A program made the position numbers and the translations under genes. Positions 58,782 through 64,000 of a stretch of DNA of 64,000 nucleotides are shown piece after piece. The first letter of the stretch is position 1; every line of letters begins with the position of its first letter. The notes beneath the pieces are model-generated. The model saw only the letters and a list, made by a program, of their open reading frames with translations. It had not been told where the DNA came from and did not search any database. Source of the stretch: Cyanobacteria bacterium auto_48_18 (GTDB lineage Bacteria; Cyanobacteriota; Vampirovibrionia; Obscuribacterales; Obscuribacteraceae); assembly GCA_036170915.1 (NCBI GenBank), contig JAVHQC010000036.1, forward strand, positions 64,001-128,000, given 5' to 3'.

Positions 58782-61574
58782 TTACTGCTTGACAAGAGTG
58801 CCACTGAGGACGGTGACCGCACGCTTAGGTTGGAAATATTTATTCATCGCAGCGTCGACTTTTTCTTTGGTCAGATCGATGTAGTGACTAGAAATATTGT
58901 CTAACTCAGCGGTTCCCAGGCCTAAGAATTCAAACTCAGTCAACACCCGGGCAATACCCAGAGATGACGATAGACCAACCTTAAATGAGCCCAACGCCCG
59001 GCCGCTTTCTTTAGCCAGATCATCTTTGCTGATGCCCCGTTCTAAATAATCGCTCAATGTAGCGTCTACTAGTTGTAGTGCGCGAGCGACGTTGCGTGGA
59101 TTTGCCGAAAGCGAGACAGACCAGGGTGCGCCACCAAAAGCGGTGTCGGCAAAAGTAGAATAGATTCCATAAGTCAAACCGGCCTTATCACGCACCACCT
59201 GACCTAGCCTGGAGGTGATGGTGTCTTGACCAAGGGCAGCATTGGCGATACGAGCGGCATAGAAGTCACTGGCAGCTCTTTTGACTGTACATGGGTGGGC
59301 CATGACAATATCGACACTGGCTTTCTCCGGCAGCTCTACTTCAACTCTGGTGGCACTGGCGGGCAGAGCGCACTCGGGCATAATGATGGCAGCAGGCTCT
59401 TCTCCTTGCCAATCACCAAATTGTTTTTCAATCAACTTCAGCGCCTGGTCTATATCAATATCACCGACAAGCGTAATGATCGTTCCTTTAGGGCTGAACA
59501 GCTTCTTATGTGAGGAATGCAAAATCTTGCTTTGCACACTATCAAGTTCTTTCAACTGCTCGTCAAAATCTTTGTCATAGAACAAATGTTCTTTAGGATA
59601 AAGTGACTGCCTTAGCTTATTCCAGGCCATAGCGCGGGTGTTCATTTTTGACTCCACCACCCTTGCTTGCCACTCGATTTTAGTTTTATCGAGTTCGTCT
59701 TCGGCCAACAGTGGGTTGCGAATAACATCGCTAAGTAGTTCCAGATAATGGGGCAGATCTGACACCACAAGATGAGTGCCCAGGCCTACGCGATAATTGT
59801 CGACAAAGAATTCCAAACCACCAGGAATGCCCATTTCTTCGAGGTTTTCGGCAATCTGCAATTTGTCGTACGATTGCGAACCGCGGGGCAATAAATCACC
59901 GATGATTTCAGAAATAGAGCCGGGAATATGCTGGCTAAAATATCTGCCGGCCTTAATATTGATTGCCAGGCCCACAGATTCGGTGCCGGGATTGTTCATC
60001 AAAATAACGACCATGCCATTGGGCAGAACCACTCTTTTGACTTGTTTCTCGTAGGTGCTGGCAGTCGAAGATTTAAATTCCACAGTTACCGGTGTGGTTT
60101 TTATATCGAGAAATTCTTTTACTTGCTCAGCGGTATAAAGGTCTGCTGCTTTATCTGCCGGGCCGGCGCTAACCAGGCCGGCACCATGGTCGTGGCCTTC
60201 ATGCTTGTGGTCATCACTATCATCGCCAGTCTCATCCATTTCCTCTTGAATCTCTTCTTGATCTTCGCGAGGAATAAAATAGCCAATAGTGCGATTGCTT
60301 CTGACAAAATAAGTCTTAGCTACGCGCATAATATCTTCTTTGGTGACCGCATCAAAACGGTCGTCATAATCCATAAGCCAGTGCCAATCTGCCTTTGACT
60401 CTGCCTCGCCAAGCATGAATGCCAGGCTCGACGGATCAGCTTTGGCAAGAATGGTGCCCTTTAAATTTGAGCATTTGATTCGATTTAATTCCTCATCGCC
60501 CACAGCTTCGCGTGCGAGCCGTTCGAGTTCATCGAGTAATTCGATTTCTACCTTAACCGGATCAACACCCGGATTAACAGTGGCACCAATAATCATCAAA
60601 CCAGGATCTTTTAAGTCATCGTGGCGAGCAAAAACTTCCGCTGCCATAGAAGTGTCGATCAATCTTTTATAAAGTCTCGAACTGCGTTCAAAAGAACTGC
60701 CTAGCAAATGGCGAATGGCTGCCAGCGGATAATTATCATCATGTGTAGCTTCCGGTACGTGGAATCCGATCCACACTCGAGGCATATCTCCAGCCCTGGT
60801 AACTTCAAATCTGCGCTCGCCTTCTTGAGGTGGCTCAGTGGTATAGACCTCAGGAATATCGTGAGGGGCAGTGGGAATAGTGCCAAAATGTTTGTTGATC
60901 AACCCTAAAGCGTGATCTGTGGTGAAATCGCCCAGGGCAATTACAGTGGCATTATTGGGCCAGTAAAAAGTGTTATAGAAATCACGTAGTCTAGCCATAG
61001 GCACGCCTTCTACGTCTGAGCGCCAGCCGATTGTAGGATGGTGATAAGGGTGCTCACGAAAAGCGATGGCATAAAGTTCTTTTTCCAGCGCTTCTTCAGG
61101 ATGATTCTCTCCGCGCTCAAGTTCGTTGCGCACCACTGACATTTCACTGTCATGATCTTCTTGACGCAAGCGCAAATTGCGCATCCGGTCAGCCTCAAGC
61201 TCGACACACATTTCTAGAAAATCGTTGGGCACCACTTCGTAATAACTGGTGCGGTCAAACCAGGTGGTGGCATTCCAGTAAGCACCAATTTGCGTGAGCA
61301 AATCGTCAATGCCATTGCCGCTTTCGGCATTGTGATTTTCGGTGCCCTTAAAAAGCATATGCTCGAGAAAATGGGTGCTGCCAGTGTTGCCAACAGCCTC
61401 ATTGCGTGAGCCGACTCTATAAACAACCAACAAAGTGGCCACCGGTGCGCTGTGGTTCTCAGCAATCAAAACGCGCAATCCGTTTTCCAGCCTGAACTCG
61501 CTCACTCCCTTGACTTCAGATACTTTCTGAGGTGAGACGGGCGAGCCCTCTACTTTCTTGACGGCGTTTACCAT
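58782..61574 (-). CDS. M16 family zinc peptidase (fused alpha/beta halves)
   Basis: VGSRNE..G.TG..HFLEHMLFKG (HxxEH); NATTWFDRT; second half LPNG...; SRL...VR...GL.Y. Confidence 0.95.
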   Translation of the reverse strand: MVNAVKKVEGSPVSPQKVSEVKGVSEFRLENGLRVLIAENHSAPVATLLVVYRVGSRNEAVGNTGSTHFLEHMLFKGTENHNAESGNGIDDLLTQIGAYWNATTWFDRTSYYEVVPNDFLEMCVELEADRMRNLRLRQEDHDSEMSVVRNELERGENHPEEALEKELYAIAFREHPYHHPTIGWRSDVEGVPMARLRDFYNTFYWPNNATVIALGDFTTDHALGLINKHFGTIPTAPHDIPEVYTTEPPQEGERRFEVTRAGDMPRVWIGFHVPEATHDDNYPLAAIRHLLGSSFERSSRLYKRLIDTSMAAEVFARHDDLKDPGLMIIGATVNPGVDPVKVEIELLDELERLAREAVGDEELNRIKCSNLKGTILAKADPSSLAFMLGEAESKADWHWLMDYDDRFDAVTKEDIMRVAKTYFVRSNRTIGYFIPREDQEEIQEEMDETGDDSDDHKHEGHDHGAGLVSAGPADKAADLYTAEQVKEFLDIKTTPVTVEFKSSTASTYEKQVKRVVLPNGMVVILMNNPGTESVGLAINIKAGRYFSQHIPGSISEIIGDLLPRGSQSYDKLQIAENLEEMGIPGGLEFFVDNYRVGLGTHLVVSDLPHYLELLSDVIRNPLLAEDELDKTKIEWQARVVESKMNTRAMAWNKLRQSLYPKEHLFYDKDFDEQLKELDSVQSKILHSSHKKLFSPKGTIITLVGDIDIDQALKLIEKQFGDWQGEEPAAIIMPECALPASATRVEVELPEKASVDIVMAHPCTVKRAASDFYAARIANAALGQDTITSRLGQVVRDKAGLTYGIYSTFADTAFGGAPWSVSLSANPRNVARALQLVDATLSDYLERGISKDDLAKESGRALGSFKVGLSSSLGIARVLTEFEFLGLGTAELDNISSHYIDLTKEKVDAAMNKYFQPKRAVTVLSGTLVKQ

Positions 61575-61666
61575 TTCTTTGCTAGTTCCTTAATATAGAG
61601 AAATTCTCAGGGTCTAAGATACCGCGAAGAGGGCATCAAAGGCTCGTAACTAGATAAAATTGTAAG

Positions 61667-62959
61667 ATGGTCTCTATGTTTACGCAAAAAAACCGCTCAA
61701 AGAGCACAATATCTCCAGCCTGGGCCGTTTGGGCCATGACCCTGGTCTGCCAGGTTCACCCTGCCACGGCTCAAACTCAACCAACCACCGGGAGTCCTAG
61801 CAATACTGCTAGTACCACCACAGAAGCCGTTGCCGCTGCTATTTTTGATGGAGCAAAATGGGCAAAGCTGACCAAGGCCGGCTCCAATGCTTTCATTAAC
61901 TCCGACTTTGCTGGTGCCGAGCGTAATTTTAAAGCTGCCTTAGAAGAAGTCAAGCGAGCGCCTGCTAATGATTTACGCATTGCTGAAAGTTTCAACAATC
62001 TGGGTGTTCTCTACGTCGCCAGAGCCCTGCCGGCAAAGGCCGAATCATATTTTGAGAAAGCAGCCAAAGTAAGAGAAGCGGCTCTCGGCAGCGGTGATAA
62101 AGATGTTATAGCCGGCCAGAGCAAATTGGCCCAGTTTTATTTGACCAATGGCAAGCGCGACAAAGCCATGTTATTGATCAGCAAAATAGCTGACTATGGT
62201 GATACGGAGTCGCGCCATTTAAACGAGGTGGCCGCGTCCTTTAAAAAGTTAAGCACCTACTACCAAACTCATCGCAAATTAGAAGAAGCGGAAATTGGAG
62301 TTAAACAAGCCGAAGAAAAAACACTGAGCGAAATGAAAGCTCAAGCGGTAGAAACCGCAGTGATGCTTGATGCCGTAGGCAATGCGGTGAAAGATCTGAG
62401 CGGTGAAAAAACCGCATCTCTGGCGGAGCGCCTGTTTAAATCGGCACTGGCGCTGCGCCAAAAGACTTTATCGAGTGAACACGCGGCGCTGGCTTCGTCA
62501 TTAGAAAATCTGGGCAGACTTTATCTCAGCCAGGGTCGCACCGCTCAAGCCGAACCACTGCTCAAGCGCGCTTATGAAATTTCTTTAGCCACCCTTGGCG
62601 AGGGCCGCCGAGAAACTCAAATGCGGCTGGATTATTACGCCCAGGTTTGCCTGGCCATGAACCGCACAGGTGAAGCTGAAGCGCTGTACCGTAAAATATT
62701 AGACTCACAAGAAAAAGGGGCTAAAAAAAATTCGCCTGATTTACTGGCCAATTTTGCCGCTCTTTTAGTCAAACAAGGTAAATGCGCCGAAGCAGTGCGG
62801 TATTATGCCCGTGCTCTCAAGATTCAAGAATCACTGAACGGTCCACAGCACGCTTCACTAGCTGCCTTGCTCGACAGCTATGCTTACGCTCTAAATAAAT
62901 GTAATCGCGGGGCAGAAGCACAAAAATGTTTGGCAAGAGCCAAGTCAATTCGTGGCTAA
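61667..62959 (+). CDS. Exported TPR-repeat protein
   Basis: SFNNLGVLY; SLENLGRLY.SQGR..QAEPLLKRA. Confidence 0.88.
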   Translation: MVSMFTQKNRSKSTISPAWAVWAMTLVCQVHPATAQTQPTTGSPSNTASTTTEAVAAAIFDGAKWAKLTKAGSNAFINSDFAGAERNFKAALEEVKRAPANDLRIAESFNNLGVLYVARALPAKAESYFEKAAKVREAALGSGDKDVIAGQSKLAQFYLTNGKRDKAMLLISKIADYGDTESRHLNEVAASFKKLSTYYQTHRKLEEAEIGVKQAEEKTLSEMKAQAVETAVMLDAVGNAVKDLSGEKTASLAERLFKSALALRQKTLSSEHAALASSLENLGRLYLSQGRTAQAEPLLKRAYEISLATLGEGRRETQMRLDYYAQVCLAMNRTGEAEALYRKILDSQEKGAKKNSPDLLANFAALLVKQGKCAEAVRYYARALKIQESLNGPQHASLAALLDSYAYALNKCNRGAEAQKCLARAKSIRG

Positions 62960-62991
62960 TTAAACTAAGAATCAGGCATTGGGGTAATTTG

Positions 62992-64000
62992 ATGAAAACT
63001 TATGGTATTGCTTTCAAAATAATTTGCTGCGCCTTCAGCCTGCAGATAGCGACGCAACTACCAGCAGTAGCGGCAGAGTCAAAAGAAGCAATTCTTACTC
63101 GAATTACCGGCCAATTAGAAAGCGAGTCGCGGCCCGATGAGGCTGGCTTAAAAGTTCTCGAAAGCGAGCTTGACAAAATTATTGCTGCTAACCCAAGTGC
63201 GGCCGCCTATCACCTGCGGGCCATGATCAAGTTTTACTTAAATGATTATGGTGCATCACTTAACGACTGCAATGCCGCCATAAAACTAGATAGCAGGTAC
63301 AGCAAAGCATACATGCAGCGCGGCGTTGACTATTGCCTGAACGGCAAACCAGAGCTCGGAGTAGCAGACTTTACCAAAGCCATCGAATGTGGTGACAAAA
63401 GGCTCAGTACATATTTGAACCGCGGTTCGGCTGAACAGCAAATTAATAAACACACTGAGGCCATTGCTGATTTTACTAAGGTAATCGCTGGCGATAAAAA
63501 TTTGGAAACCGTGTTATTGGCAAGAATGTTGCGCTCACGATCATATTTGGCGTTGAAAAAATATGAGCTAGCAGCCAAAGATGCCGATCTGGTCATTGAA
63601 GGTAAAACCAGCGGTTTGCCTCCGGAAGCAAAAGCTGAAGTCTATAAAACTAAAGGCAGCGCCATGTTTTTCCTCGAAAAATATCAAGAAGCCATTGACG
63701 CTCTCAAGCTTTCTGCTGCTCTATCTACTGGTGATGCTAAAGGTAGCACCACTTTTATTTTGGCTGCCAGTTATGCCAAACTTGGCGACAAAGAAAAGGC
63801 GATGGAATCACTAAAGATTTCCAAGAAGCTGGGCTACACTCATGCTGACCCGCCACCAGATCGTCCTGTGCATCTGACTTCCAGTAAAGCTGATGAGATG
63901 CTTAAACCCTTAATTGAAAAGGCCAGAGAATCACTGCCCGACGCTAAAAAAAGATTTCTAGATGGTCTACCCAGCGGGTACAAGTTGTCTGTCACAACTC
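62992..64000 (+). CDS. Exported TPR-repeat protein, runs off the window end; absent from the ORF track
   Basis: My translation: MKTYGIAFKIICCAFSLQIATQLPAVA...AYHLRAMIKFYLNDYGASLNDCNAAIKLD..SKAYMQRG...ADFTKAI; no stop before 64000. Confidence 0.85.
   Translation, partial: MKTYGIAFKIICCAFSLQIATQLPAVAAESKEAILTRITGQLESESRPDEAGLKVLESELDKIIAANPSAAAYHLRAMIKFYLNDYGASLNDCNAAIKLDSRYSKAYMQRGVDYCLNGKPELGVADFTKAIECGDKRLSTYLNRGSAEQQINKHTEAIADFTKVIAGDKNLETVLLARMLRSRSYLALKKYELAAKDADLVIEGKTSGLPPEAKAEVYKTKGSAMFFLEKYQEAIDALKLSAALSTGDAKGSTTFILAASYAKLGDKEKAMESLKISKKLGYTHADPPPDRPVHLTSSKADEMLKPLIEKARESLPDAKKRFLDGLPSGYKLSVTT

Noticed and set aside
458..63814. Many short track ORFs overlapping or antisense to the called genes
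   Set aside because: Shadow frames with no motifs, fully explained by the stronger overlapping CDS
1..64000. Sec machinery (selA, selB, selC, selD) and UGA-to-Trp/Gly genetic code reassignment
   Set aside because: No sel genes seen in the window; many genes end normally at TGA and in-frame TGA occurs only at two Cys-like redox positions, which fits Sec rather than code reassignment

Overview
This is a gene-dense bacterial chromosomal window with no tRNA, rRNA, CRISPR array, transposase or prophage visible. The gene content suggests a non-photosynthetic cyanobacterial relative (Vampirovibrionia/Melainabacteria, Obscuribacterales-like); this is inference from a DUF3370 protein, cyanobacterial-style MinC and Lon-N proteins, and many TPR, LRR and MshEN-repeat proteins. 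Housekeeping genes include hemH, nagA, meaB, minCDE-rodA, idi, kdsD, dacB, a UbiA prenyltransferase and an M16 peptidase. The main result is two probable selenoprotein genes that the ORF track misses or splits, each with an in-frame UGA at a redox motif and a SECIS-like hairpin just downstream. One is an 80-aa Rdx/SelW-family CxxU protein (8083-8325, minus strand) in a ferritin-like/selW/hemH/Lon-N operon, where its stop codon overlaps the hemH start. The other is a 270-aa exported thioredoxin-fold protein with a CU motif resembling eukaryotic selenoprotein N (30151-30963, plus strand), behind a TetR regulator. Other notable items are four MshEN-like proteins plus a degenerate GGDEF protein (a possible c-di-GMP receptor set), a pseudoknot-like leader RNA (53360-53460), a degenerate SF1 helicase, a protein with three peptidoglycan-hydrolase-like folds, and a perfect 36-bp palindrome. 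All family assignments come from recognising motifs by eye, not from database searches.
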